Positions 18,776 to 28,013 of a stretch of 64,000 nucleotides of DNA are shown here, one piece after another. The stretch's first letter is position 1, and the number at the start of each line of letters is the position of its first letter. Under the pieces are notes generated by a model. It had not been told where the DNA came from. It was given only the letters and a program-made list of their open reading frames with translations, and made no database searches. The position numbers were made by a program, and so were the translations under genes. The stretch is from a bacterium. Its GTDB lineage: Bacteria; Patescibacteriota; Minisyncoccia; Moranbacterales; UBA2206. The stretch spans positions 25,184 to 89,183 of the forward strand of contig JAURXY010000034.1 in assembly GCA_030654225.1 (NCBI GenBank), given 5' to 3'.

Positions 18776-18872
18776 TGTCATCTCCGCGTAGGCGGGGATC
18801 TAGTGTATAGATTAAGTTTATTGCGATAAAAATTATTTTTATGACTGGATTCCCGTTTTCACGGGAATGACA
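18776..18872. mobile_element. TGTCAT-type REPIN-like element
   Basis: tgtcatctccgcgtaggcggggatc...gattcccgttttcacgggaatgaca. Confidence 0.85.
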
Positions 18873-18877
18873 ATGCT

Positions 18878-20902
18878 TTAAATAATTGAAATTGGATCTC
18901 GATCGATTATCCAACCTGATTTGAGTTTTCTAATTTCTTTTTCTAATTCAATTGGAATTTTATCTGGAAATTTAACAATCATTTGCTTTCGCCAGCGTCC
19001 TCTGATTTTTGAGAGCAGGGGAGTGTGCGGTTCAGATATTTTTATTCCTTTTGCTGATTTTAATATTTCAAAAACTGCCAGACTTTCTTTTTCAACTTTT
19101 TCAAAATTATAATCCTGAAAAACCAATTTGACAATTTTCCCATACGGCGGAAAATTCAAAGCTTTTCGTTCCTCAATTATCTTTTGAAAAAAACTTTGAA
19201 AATTATTTTCTCCGGCCAATTGAATAATTTTATTTTCCGGTTGATATGTTTGAATAACCACTTCTCCAGGAAAGCGCGCTCCAGGGCGATTCACTCTCCC
19301 GGCAAGCTGAGAGATTATTTGAAAGGCCTTTTCTTCAGCCGAAAAATCAGGAAATGACAAAAGATTATCTGCATCTATTATACCAACCAATGACACGCGA
19401 GGCAAATCCCAGCCCTTGGAAATCATCTGCGTTCCAATCAAAATATCCGCCTCACCTTTGGAAAAAGCATCATAAATTTTTTCATGAAAATTTTGTTCTT
19501 TTGAAGAGGCTGTGTCAGCCACAATTATTTTGGCCGAAGGAAACAAACTCAAAATTTCTTTTTCTACTTTTTGCGTTCCCAATCCAACGTTTTTGAAACT
19601 TATCCCGCCACATTTCTCGCATTTTGGAAAAATACTCGTCTTATAATTACAATGATTGCATTTATAGAATCCGCCTTTTTCATAAACAAGCGCCCGCTCA
19701 CACTCAGGACACTTGAGCACTGCTTTGCACGCTTCACAAATTGAAAAACTACTCATACCTTGGCGATTGATAAACAAGATTGATTGCTGTTTATTTTTTA
19801 GCGCATATTCAATTTCACCTTTTAATTTTCTTGATATGCAAGTATAGTTTCCTGCCTGCCGATGAGGCAGGTTGGTCCAGCGTTCTTTTTTCATGTCAAC
19901 GATGGTGGTGTTTGGTATTTTATATTTAGTGTCTAATATTTCAAGATGTGGCAATTCTAATAATTTCAAATCTTTGTTAATCGCACGATAATATGATTCG
20001 ATACTTGGCGTAGCTGAGCCACGAACGATTTTCGCTTTATGAATCTCAGCTAATTTTTCTGCCACCGTTCTAGCGTCGTAACGCGGATTCATATCCCACT
20101 GTTTGAAAGACATATCCTGTTCTTCATCAATCACAATAAGCCCGAGTTTTTTAAACGGCGCAAAAACCGCCATGCGAGTACCAATAACTATTTTTATTTT
20201 TCCTGATTGAATGCCTTGCCAAGTAGAAAAAATCTGTCCCTTGGAAATATTACTACTTAAAACCCCAATTTCTTCCGGCTTAAAATATGCACCATATCTT
20301 TCCATGGCCTGCGGAGTCAAAGTTTTTTCTGGGATAATAATCAGAAATTGAAAATTCTTATTTATTTTTCTTAATTCAATAATTGAATTTATATAAACCT
20401 CCGTCTTCCCCGATCCCGCCGGACCAAAAAGCAAGTAATTTGTAATTGGTAATTTGTAATTGGTAATTTTTTTGACAGCATCTTTTTGCTCTTTTGTTAA
20501 TACAATATTTCCTCCTCTCCCTTCGGGAGAGGATGTCCGAAGGACAGGAGAGGGAGCTTTGCGTGATTTCATACGCTTTGGGACAAAATTTTTCATCACT
20601 ACACCCAATGGAGAAATATAATAATCAGAAATAAATTTTGCCAATTCTATTTGGCTATCGGAGAGAAAATTTTCAACGATTATTTTTTCAACTTTTTTTA
20701 GTTCAATATTACCCAATCTTTCAAAATCCTGCCTCGTCCCCAAAACAATTCCTTCCACACTTCGATGAAAAAGGGGAATCGAGACCAAGGTTCCAGTTGA
20801 AATTTTGACATCTGACAAATAGGAAAAAGACTGATGGGAAGACATCGGAATTTTTGTTAGTGGAACAATGTCGATAATAAACTTCTGCTTTTTGTTTGCC
20901 AT
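18878..20902 (-). CDS. priA: Primosomal protein N'
   Basis: GPAGSGKTEVY, DEEQD, SATPS, two zinc-finger CxxC pairs and QLAGR. Confidence 0.96.
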   Translation of the reverse strand: MANKKQKFIIDIVPLTKIPMSSHQSFSYLSDVKISTGTLVSIPLFHRSVEGIVLGTRQDFERLGNIELKKVEKIIVENFLSDSQIELAKFISDYYISPLGVVMKNFVPKRMKSRKAPSPVLRTSSPEGRGGNIVLTKEQKDAVKKITNYKLPITNYLLFGPAGSGKTEVYINSIIELRKINKNFQFLIIIPEKTLTPQAMERYGAYFKPEEIGVLSSNISKGQIFSTWQGIQSGKIKIVIGTRMAVFAPFKKLGLIVIDEEQDMSFKQWDMNPRYDARTVAEKLAEIHKAKIVRGSATPSIESYYRAINKDLKLLELPHLEILDTKYKIPNTTIVDMKKERWTNLPHRQAGNYTCISRKLKGEIEYALKNKQQSILFINRQGMSSFSICEACKAVLKCPECERALVYEKGGFYKCNHCNYKTSIFPKCEKCGGISFKNVGLGTQKVEKEILSLFPSAKIIVADTASSKEQNFHEKIYDAFSKGEADILIGTQMISKGWDLPRVSLVGIIDADNLLSFPDFSAEEKAFQIISQLAGRVNRPGARFPGEVVIQTYQPENKIIQLAGENNFQSFFQKIIEERKALNFPPYGKIVKLVFQDYNFEKVEKESLAVFEILKSAKGIKISEPHTPLLSKIRGRWRKQMIVKFPDKIPIELEKEIRKLKSGWIIDRDPISII
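19851..19871. mobile_element. 21-bp CCTGCC..GGCAGG micro-insertion in priA
   Basis: cctgcctgccgatgaggcagg; encodes NLPHRQAG; siblings at 24755, 41826 and 58999. Confidence 0.8.
20435..20469. repeat. Heptamer tandem repeat, 5 x GTAATT(T/G), in priA
   Basis: gtaattt-gtaattg-gtaattt-gtaattg-gtaattt; encodes KITNYKLPITNY. Confidence 0.75.
20511..20554. repeat. Two-hairpin repeat (family of 3758-3801), in frame in priA
   Basis: cctcctctcccttcgggagaggatgtccgaaggacaggagaggg; encodes PSPVLRTSSPEGRG. Confidence 0.8.
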
Positions 20903-20957
20903 AATTTAATTGTATCACTTTATTGCTAAAACTTCTAAAAGAAGCTACACTTTATAT

Positions 20958-21500
20958 ATGAAAAATAAGATATTTATCAGTATTAATCTTCCCTCAAAAG
21001 TCAAAAAAAGGCTGGTTTTGGCAACTGAAAAATGGCAAGAACTGCCAGTAAAATGGGAAAAAGAAGCTGATTTACACATAACATTGGTCTATTTAGGCTT
21101 TACCGATGAAGAAGTTGTCCTAGAGATTTGTGAAAAAGTCAAAAAATCTTGCGAGGATGTAGATATTTTTGACATTAAACTCGACCAAATTGAACTTTTT
21201 CCCTCTGCCGAAGAACCAAAAGTAATTGCCCTCACAGGAGAACCAAGCGAAGAATTGAAAAACTTAGTTAATGCGATTGAAAAAGAATTGGGAATCTCCA
21301 CTTCACCCAAAAAATCTTTTCGTCCGCACATAACACTGGGACGAGTAAAGAAACATAAATGGGAAGATTTGGAAAATAAACCTGAAATTTTGGAGAAATT
21401 TCCTTTGACTGTTGATGCCAACAGCGTTGATGTTATGACTAGTCAATTTAGTTCCAAGGAAAGTCGCTATTCTATTCTTGATTCTTGCCCGCTACAATAA
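20958..21500 (+). CDS. thpR: RNA 2',3'-cyclic phosphodiesterase (2H phosphoesterase, LigT/ThpR)
   Basis: Two HxT motifs (LHITL and PHITLGR). Confidence 0.88.
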   Translation: MKNKIFISINLPSKVKKRLVLATEKWQELPVKWEKEADLHITLVYLGFTDEEVVLEICEKVKKSCEDVDIFDIKLDQIELFPSAEEPKVIALTGEPSEELKNLVNAIEKELGISTSPKKSFRPHITLGRVKKHKWEDLENKPEILEKFPLTVDANSVDVMTSQFSSKESRYSILDSCPLQ

Positions 21501-21504
21501 AAAA

Positions 21505-22236
21505 ATGAATATTTTAGGAGTAAAAGTTGATAATCTCACTAAAAAAGAAATTCTGGAAAAAATCAGAACTTTTTTGACTGAACCAAAATTTCATCAGATC
21601 GCCACTATTAATCCGGAATTTATCTTGGAAACACAGAAAAATTTAGAGTTTAAAAATATTTTGAACACTTGCGATTTGAATGTAGCTGATGGAGTTGGGA
21701 TAAAATTGGCTTTTTGGCGATTTGGAAAAAATTTGAAAACTAGACTTGCTGGCGCAGATTTGATGCTGGAAATTTTGAAAATTGCCCAGACACAAAAATT
21801 TTCAATTTTTTTAGCTGTAAATAAGAATGGTTTGAGTAATTTTGAAGAAACAAAAAAAGCTATATTGAAAATTTATCCTAAATTAGAAATTAATGGGGGA
21901 AATATAGACACAAAAACAGAAGCTAAGCTTCTGTTTGACAGAAGCTTAGCTTCTGTTTTTGGACAGATACTTTTTTGCAACTTCGGCGCCCCGCATCAAG
22001 AACTCTTCATAAATTCACAAAAATGTGATACTATAAGACTAGCCATGGGAGTTGGCGGAAGTTTCGATTTTCTTACCAAAAAAGTCCGTCGCGCTCCGCA
22101 ATTTATGCAAATTATTGGCTTAGAATGGCTCTGGCGAATATTTCAACCGCAAGAATGGAAATTCAAAAAAGAAAGACTTCGAAAAATTTTTCAAGCGGTA
22201 ATAATTTTTCCAATTAAAATAATAATCAACAAATAA
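21505..22236 (+). CDS. WecB/TagA/CpsF glycosyltransferase
   Basis: TINPE, ADGVG, GAPHQE, GVGGSFD and RAPQFMQIIGLEWLWR. Confidence 0.9.
   Translation: MNILGVKVDNLTKKEILEKIRTFLTEPKFHQIATINPEFILETQKNLEFKNILNTCDLNVADGVGIKLAFWRFGKNLKTRLAGADLMLEILKIAQTQKFSIFLAVNKNGLSNFEETKKAILKIYPKLEINGGNIDTKTEAKLLFDRSLASVFGQILFCNFGAPHQELFINSQKCDTIRLAMGVGGSFDFLTKKVRRAPQFMQIIGLEWLWRIFQPQEWKFKKERLRKIFQAVIIFPIKIIINK
21911..21961. repeat. 51-bp inverted repeat (GAAGCTAAGCTTC core), in frame
   Basis: 24-bp perfect arms with a 3-nt loop; encodes KTEAKLLFDRSLASVF. Confidence 0.85.
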
Positions 22237-22244
22237 AATTAAAA

Positions 22245-22315
22245 TTGTCATACTGAACTTGTTTCAGTATCTAAAAAATTGCAAAGCAGATCCCGAAATA
22301 AATTCGGGATGACAA
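22245..22315. mobile_element. Non-autonomous TGTCAT double-hairpin element
   Basis: ttgtcatactgaacttgtttcagtatc...gatcccgaaataaattcgggatgacaa; compensatory variants of the GIY-YIG arms. Confidence 0.85.
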
Positions 22316-22325
22316 AACAATAACT

Positions 22326-22766
22326 ATGACAACAAAGACAACAAGATTAGTTCGATCAATTTATTTGTATCTAGCAGCGCTTATTAGTCTTATTTTTGTA
22401 GCAGTTGGAGCCGGAAGAATTATAAACACGACCCTAAAGGCATATGTTTTTCCGGAAGCGGAAAAAGGAGGGTATGGAATGTGCAGAAATGAGCCTCCGA
22501 TGTATGAGCTTACAGCTTCCAAATCCATAGAAAATGCAAAAGATAGTGAAATAACAACTCAAGAACAAAAAGATCAACTAGCATCTCTTTTGGTTGATTA
22601 TAAAAACTGGAAAGAAAATAATTCCGGAGATATTTGCTTCAAAAGAGAAAGACAAACAAATTATGTCGATTCATTCACAATGCTTCTTGTTGCCCTACCA
22701 TTATGTCTTCTGCATTGGAGAATAATCAAAAAAGATAAGGAGGAAAAAGAAACTGAAAACGCTTAA
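22326..22766 (+). CDS. Hypothetical two-TM membrane protein (DUF5671-like)
   Basis: RSIYLYLAALISL...LPLCLLHWR. Confidence 0.65.
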   Translation: MTTKTTRLVRSIYLYLAALISLIFVAVGAGRIINTTLKAYVFPEAEKGGYGMCRNEPPMYELTASKSIENAKDSEITTQEQKDQLASLLVDYKNWKENNSGDICFKRERQTNYVDSFTMLLVALPLCLLHWRIIKKDKEEKETENA

Positions 22767-22776
22767 AGTTAAATTT

Positions 22777-23370
22777 ATGCCACAACAAATTCTTATTATT
22801 CGCGGAGGAGATGCTCATAAAACTAATGAGGATTATTTAGATTTTCTTCGTACAAGAAACTTTGAAAAAGAAGATTTAGTTGGCAGAAAAAAATGGGCTA
22901 GCATCTTACAAAAAGACCTGGGAAGCAATTATGAAGTATTGTTGCCAGGAATGCCTTGTAGTTGCAATGCCAAATATATAAATTGGAAAATTTGGTTTGA
23001 AAGATTTTTTCCTTTTCTTAGAGACAATATAATTTTAATTGGTAGTTCATTAGGTGCCACCTTTCTAGCTAAATACCTCTCTGAAAACACTTTGCCCGTA
23101 AAAATAAAAGTTGTTTTTATGTTAGCAGGACCGTATGATAGTGAATATTTAGGAGATTTTTCTCTACCAGAATCTTTGGAAAAATTTTCCACCCAATGTC
23201 CCAAAATTTTTCTCTATCACAGCAAAGATGATCCTATTGTGCCATTTACTGAGCTCGAAAAATATTCAAAAGCCCTGCCTAAAGCTGAGAAAGTTATTTT
23301 TAAAGATAAGGGACATTTTGCTCTAAAAGAATTTCCGGAATTTGTAGAAAAATTAAAAAGTATAAAATAA
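22777..23370 (+). CDS. Alpha/beta hydrolase (YdeN/RBBP9-like)
   Basis: GSSLG nucleophile elbow, HSKDDPIVP and GHF. Confidence 0.85.
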   Translation: MPQQILIIRGGDAHKTNEDYLDFLRTRNFEKEDLVGRKKWASILQKDLGSNYEVLLPGMPCSCNAKYINWKIWFERFFPFLRDNIILIGSSLGATFLAKYLSENTLPVKIKVVFMLAGPYDSEYLGDFSLPESLEKFSTQCPKIFLYHSKDDPIVPFTELEKYSKALPKAEKVIFKDKGHFALKEFPEFVEKLKSIK

Positions 23371-23371
23371 T

Positions 23372-24940
23372 ATGAACAAAATCAGAACTAGATTTGCGCC
23401 GTCGCCGACGGGATACTTGCATATTGGGGGTCTTCGGACTGCACTGTATGATTATTTATTCGCCAAAAAAAATGGTGGTGATTTTTTGTTGAAAATTGAA
23501 GATACTGATCGAAAAAGATTTGTTGAAGGTGCGGTGGAAAAATTAATAATTTCATTAGATTTTCTAGGATTGGAAAGAAATGAAGGAGTAATGTTAAACA
23601 ATAATACCAATGGTCAGGAATCAAAAAATTATCCCAGAGTTTTTGAAGTAGGCGAATATGGACCTTATATTCAATCAGAAAAATTAGAAATTTACAAAAA
23701 ACATGTTGATGAATTAGTGAAAAATGGCCATGCCTATTATTGTTTTTGCGAACCAAAAAGACTTGAGGAAATGAGATCTGAACAAACCGCCCAAAAACAA
23801 CCCCCTATTTATGATAGATTTTGTTTGCAAAATGTTAGCGAAGAAGAAATAAATAAAAATCTAAAAAATAATTGTCCCTATACTATTCGAATTAAAGTTC
23901 CGCACGACGAAATAATTGAAGTGGATGACGAAATCAGAGGACGCGTTAAATTTAATACTAATTTAGTCACCGATCAAATACTTTTGAAATCTGACGGCTT
24001 TCCCACTTATCATTTAGCTAGCATCATAGATGACCATGATATGCAAATCACACATGTTATTCGTGGCGAAGAATGGCTTCCGAGCATTCCAATTCATATT
24101 TTATTATATCGCTATTTCAATTGGGAAGCTCCGAAATTTGCTCACTTACCACTTCTTCTTAATCTAGACAAATCCAAACTTTCTAAGCGTCAGGGGGATG
24201 TGGCGGTGGAAGATTACATTAAAAACGGATATTTAAAAGAAGCTCTTATTAATTTTGTAGCCTTTTTAGGTTGGAATCCTGGGAAAGGAGAAACGCAAGA
24301 AATTTTCACGCTTGAAGAATTAGTGGAGAAATTTGATCTGACTCATGTTCACAAGGCGGGCGCAGTTTTTGACATCAAAAAATTAGATTGGATAAATTCA
24401 CAGTGGATCAAGAAACTTTCCATCGAAGAGTTATATCAAAAATCTTTGCCATTTCTTGAGGAAAAAGAATTTTATAAAAATGCTAGTGCAGAAAAAAAAT
24501 CCGAAGACTATATCAAAAAAATCCTTTCCATTGAACAGGACCGTCTCACAAATTTGTCAGAAGTGGGGGAGAGCAATCAGTTCTTTTTTAGGGATACAAA
24601 TTTTGACAAAGAACTTTTACGCTGGAAAGATATGAATGACGAAGACTTGAAAAAATCACTAGAAAAATCTCTCCGCGTTTTGGAAAATATAACGGACGAA
24701 AATTGGACGCGCGAAAATTTGGAAAAAATTCTGATGGAAAAGGCGGATGAAAAGCCTGCCTCGCCGGCTCGCCTCGCTGGAGCTATGGCGAAGCGGGCAG
24801 GCGGGAGGGGAGAGCTCCTCTGGCCACTGCGCGCCACGCTTACGGGAGAGAAAAAATCACCTTCACCATTTGAATGTGCGTGGGTGCTTGGGAAAGAAGA
24901 AACATTATCGAGATTAAAAAATACAATAGGCAAAATATAA
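23372..24940 (+). CDS. gltX: Glutamate--tRNA ligase with a 17-aa nested insertion
   Basis: RFAPSPTGYLHIGG, RGEEW and KLSKR. Confidence 0.97.
   Translation: MNKIRTRFAPSPTGYLHIGGLRTALYDYLFAKKNGGDFLLKIEDTDRKRFVEGAVEKLIISLDFLGLERNEGVMLNNNTNGQESKNYPRVFEVGEYGPYIQSEKLEIYKKHVDELVKNGHAYYCFCEPKRLEEMRSEQTAQKQPPIYDRFCLQNVSEEEINKNLKNNCPYTIRIKVPHDEIIEVDDEIRGRVKFNTNLVTDQILLKSDGFPTYHLASIIDDHDMQITHVIRGEEWLPSIPIHILLYRYFNWEAPKFAHLPLLLNLDKSKLSKRQGDVAVEDYIKNGYLKEALINFVAFLGWNPGKGETQEIFTLEELVEKFDLTHVHKAGAVFDIKKLDWINSQWIKKLSIEELYQKSLPFLEEKEFYKNASAEKKSEDYIKKILSIEQDRLTNLSEVGESNQFFFRDTNFDKELLRWKDMNDEDLKKSLEKSLRVLENITDENWTRENLEKILMEKADEKPASPARLAGAMAKRAGGRGELLWPLRATLTGEKKSPSPFECAWVLGKEETLSRLKNTIGKI
24755..24805. mobile_element. 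21-bp element with the 30-bp element nested inside it, in frame in gltX
   Basis: cctgcctcgccgg[ctcgcctcgctggagctatggcgaagcggg]caggcggg; removal gives DEKRGELLWPLR. Confidence 0.85.
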
Positions 24941-24959
24941 AAGAAAGAAAATAAAACTC

Positions 24960-26192
24960 ATGTTAAACAAAAAAACAAAATTAATATTTTTTATTTTTAT
25001 CGCAATTTTTTCATTTTTAAATTTGGAAAAAGTTTTTGCTGTTGATTGCGACGATAAATGCAAAACTCTTTATCCAACCGACCAAACACTGCAAAAAAAA
25101 TGCTCTGATGATTGCGATACTATTGAAAAATATCAAAAACTCATTGACATCAAAGACAAACAGCTGGAAGTTGTCACCACTCAACTCAGCTATATAAACA
25201 AAGAACAAGCCCAAAATCAACAAACTCTCCTTGAAACAATCAAAAATCTAACTAGTATTTCTGAAAAAATAACCAAACTCGAAGAAAGTATTGAACAGAA
25301 AGAAAAAGATATAATTTATCAAAAAAAGATGCTTTCTGGGCTGATGCAATCTTATTATGATTATGATCAACAGGGGATATTAGAAATAATCCTTCTGGAT
25401 AACACCTTTATAAATCCTTTTGGACAAGTCGACTATATTAACCAATCCGGAGTTAAGGTTTCAGATTTATTAAGCTCTATTAAAAAAAATCAACAAGAAT
25501 TAATCGATGATCAAAAAGAACTTCAGGGGTCTTATGATCAAAGCAATAAATTAAAAGATGAACTGCAGAGTGAAAAAAACGAATTACAATTAAACGAAAA
25601 TCAAAAACAAAAAGTTCTAGTCGATACTCAAGCTGAAAAAGCAAAATATGAAAAACTTTTGTCCGACATTGAAGATGAAATATATAATCTAGAATCAAAT
25701 AAAGCGGTTGATTATAGCAATCTACCCCCAGCCAAAGGCGGATATTTCAACTATCCAGTTTCTTCAGTGAGAATCACTCAAGGATATGGGATGACTGCCT
25801 ATGCTAAGCGAGGGGCTTATGGTGGCAAACCTCACAACGGGGTTGATTTTGGACTTAGCACTGGCAATAATATTTTCACGGCTAAGGGCGGAAAAGTTGT
25901 TGGTGTTGGTAATAATGGAAAATATGCTTATGGCAAATGGGTTGCAGTTGACCATGGTGATGGGCTGCTCACGCTATACGGACACCTTAGTAGTCAACTT
26001 GTTTCAAAAGGTAGCACTCTCAAAATAGGGGACAAGATTGGAAAAAGTGGCAATACAGGAAATTCAACTGGACCACATCTTCACTTTTCTGTTTTCACTT
26101 CAAAAAGTTTTGAAACTGTTCAATCGAAATATGTTAAAGGACTTATGATTCCTATTGGTGCTTCAATCAACCCAACCAAATATCTAAAATAA
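24960..26192 (+). CDS. Secreted coiled-coil M23 peptidase (murein hydrolase/activator-like)
   Basis: Signal peptide, long coiled coil, HNGVD, YGHL and STGPHLHF. Confidence 0.9.
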   Translation: MLNKKTKLIFFIFIAIFSFLNLEKVFAVDCDDKCKTLYPTDQTLQKKCSDDCDTIEKYQKLIDIKDKQLEVVTTQLSYINKEQAQNQQTLLETIKNLTSISEKITKLEESIEQKEKDIIYQKKMLSGLMQSYYDYDQQGILEIILLDNTFINPFGQVDYINQSGVKVSDLLSSIKKNQQELIDDQKELQGSYDQSNKLKDELQSEKNELQLNENQKQKVLVDTQAEKAKYEKLLSDIEDEIYNLESNKAVDYSNLPPAKGGYFNYPVSSVRITQGYGMTAYAKRGAYGGKPHNGVDFGLSTGNNIFTAKGGKVVGVGNNGKYAYGKWVAVDHGDGLLTLYGHLSSQLVSKGSTLKIGDKIGKSGNTGNSTGPHLHFSVFTSKSFETVQSKYVKGLMIPIGASINPTKYLK

Positions 26193-26226
26193 AAACAACC
26201 CTCAAAATTGACTTGAGTGTTGTTTT
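26192..26226 (+). terminator. Intrinsic terminator after the M23 gene
   Basis: aaaacaaccctcaa-aattgac-ttgagtgttgtttt. Confidence 0.5.
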
Positions 26227-26360
26227 TATTTATTTCGGGACACATTGATATGTATACGGAACCTAACCAATTCAATAAGGCCTGAAGTAATATATAGTGT
26301 CGCATAACTGTTCTTGTGCGACCCTTAATATATTTCCTTTAGCACTCCCCTCTAACAAAA

Positions 26361-26382
26361 AAACCGCATTAAGAGCGGTTTT
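26361..26382 (-). terminator. Intrinsic terminator after iscU
   Basis: aaaccgc-attaaga-gcggttt with an A-run on its left. Confidence 0.55.
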
Positions 26383-26404
26383 AAAAATATAATTAAAATA
26401 TTCT

Positions 26405-26791
26405 TTATTTTTTATTCTTCTCCCTATAATCTTTTATCGCTTCTCTTAAACTGTCAGCTGCCAAATTTGAACAATGCATTTTTATCGGTGGCAAACCTTC
26501 TAGTGCTTCCGCCACATCATTCCTGGTAATCTTCAATGCCTCCTCTAGGGTCTTGTTTTTTGCCAAATCCGTGATCATAGATGAGGTCGCAATCGCGCTA
26601 GCGCATCCTAGCGTCTCAAATTTGATGTCATTTATCACTTCCCTCTTTTTGGAATCTTTTTTTACCTTGATATAAATTTTCATCATATCTCCACAAGTTG
26701 GATTGCCAACCATCCCAACTCCTGACGGATTTTTTATCACGCCTTGATTGTGTGGACGAGTGAAATGTTCCAGAACTTTTTTACTATACAT
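26405..26791 (-). CDS. iscU: Fe-S cluster scaffold IscU/NifU
   Basis: GNPTCGD, GCASAIA and LPPIKMHCS. Confidence 0.95.
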   Translation of the reverse strand: MYSKKVLEHFTRPHNQGVIKNPSGVGMVGNPTCGDMMKIYIKVKKDSKKREVINDIKFETLGCASAIATSSMITDLAKNKTLEEALKITRNDVAEALEGLPPIKMHCSNLAADSLREAIKDYREKNKK

Positions 26792-26795
26792 AATT

Positions 26796-28004
26796 TTATT
26801 TTTTATTATTTAAATAGAAATCCCTAAGCACATTGCCAGAAACTTTTCTTAATTTTTCCACTGATCCCTTGATTACTTTCACAGCATAATCAATTTCTTT
26901 TTTGGTCGTATTTTTTCCGAGCGTCAATCGCAGTGACCCATGCGTTTCTTCCGGTTTCAAACCAAGTGCCAAAAGCACATGCGATGGAGAAAGCGATCCT
27001 GATGAACAAGCAGAACCAGTCGAAGCAAAAACTCCTTCTTGCGAGAGCATCATAAGTAGACTCTCCCCTTCTACTCGCGAAAAATTTACATTCACATTAT
27101 TTGGTGATCTTTTTATTTTCGAACCATTCAATCTTGAATCCGGAATTTCTTTGAGAATTTTTGCAATTAAATAATCTCTTAACTTTTGAATTTGCATATT
27201 GTTCTTTGTTCTTTGATCATTGATCATTGATATTGCACTTCCAAGACCAACAATTCCTGGCGTATTAATTGTGCCTGCGCGCAATCCAAATTCTTGCGCC
27301 CCACCATCTTGAATTTTGGCTATATTAAGCCCAAATTTGGCATATAACGCCCCCACTCCCTTTGGTCCATATATTTTATGCGCTGACATTGAAAGTAAAT
27401 CCACGCCTAATTTTTCCACATTACAATCAAAATAATTTACCGCCTGCGTCGCATCGGTATGGAAAATTATTTTAGCATTATTTTTTTTAATCATTTTTCC
27501 AATTTCGGAAATTGGTTGCACAGTGCCAATTTCATTGTTAACATACATCATAGAAACAAAAATTGTATTTGACTTGATCGCATTTTTTATATCCGCAACA
27601 CTTATAACCCCGTCTTTTTTTGGATTGATAAACGTTGCTTCGATTAGATTTTCTTTTTCCATTTTCTTCACTGTCTCCAAAACACAATGATGTTCAAAGG
27701 TAGTCGTGATTACATGTGGTTTCTTTTTTTCTTTTTTATAATACGCTTTCACCACTCCCTTTATAGCAAGGTTATTCGATTCGGTTGCGCCACTGGTAAA
27801 AATAATTTCATTTAAATTAGCATTGAAATATTTTGCCACTTGCATTCTGGCTTTTTCCACTGCTTGATCCGCTTCTTGACCAAAAGAATGAAGTGATGAA
27901 GCATTGCCAAAATTCTGACTAAAATACGGTATCATTTCCTTTAATACTTTTTTGTCTATCGGTGTAGTCGCTGCGTGATCTAAATAAATTGTTTTTTTTG
28001 TCAT
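26796..28004 (-). CDS. iscS: Cysteine desulfurase IscS/NifS
   Basis: YLDHAATTP, SAHKIYGPKG and STGSACSS; the ORF-track start at 28019 lies in a repeat, so 28004 is preferred. Confidence 0.95.
   Translation of the reverse strand: MTKKTIYLDHAATTPIDKKVLKEMIPYFSQNFGNASSLHSFGQEADQAVEKARMQVAKYFNANLNEIIFTSGATESNNLAIKGVVKAYYKKEKKKPHVITTTFEHHCVLETVKKMEKENLIEATFINPKKDGVISVADIKNAIKSNTIFVSMMYVNNEIGTVQPISEIGKMIKKNNAKIIFHTDATQAVNYFDCNVEKLGVDLLSMSAHKIYGPKGVGALYAKFGLNIAKIQDGGAQEFGLRAGTINTPGIVGLGSAISMINDQRTKNNMQIQKLRDYLIAKILKEIPDSRLNGSKIKRSPNNVNVNFSRVEGESLLMMLSQEGVFASTGSACSSGSLSPSHVLLALGLKPEETHGSLRLTLGKNTTKKEIDYAVKVIKGSVEKLRKVSGNVLRDFYLNNKK
27199..27233. repeat. Heptamer tandem repeat in iscS
   Basis: ttgttct-ttgttct-ttgatca-ttgatca-ttgatat. 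Confidence 0.55.
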
Positions 28005-28013
28005 AAAATGTTT

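Noticed and set aside
20958-21500. ThpR and RtcB as a joint RNA-repair module
   Set aside because: They are about 27 kb apart in unrelated operons, with no evidence of linkage.
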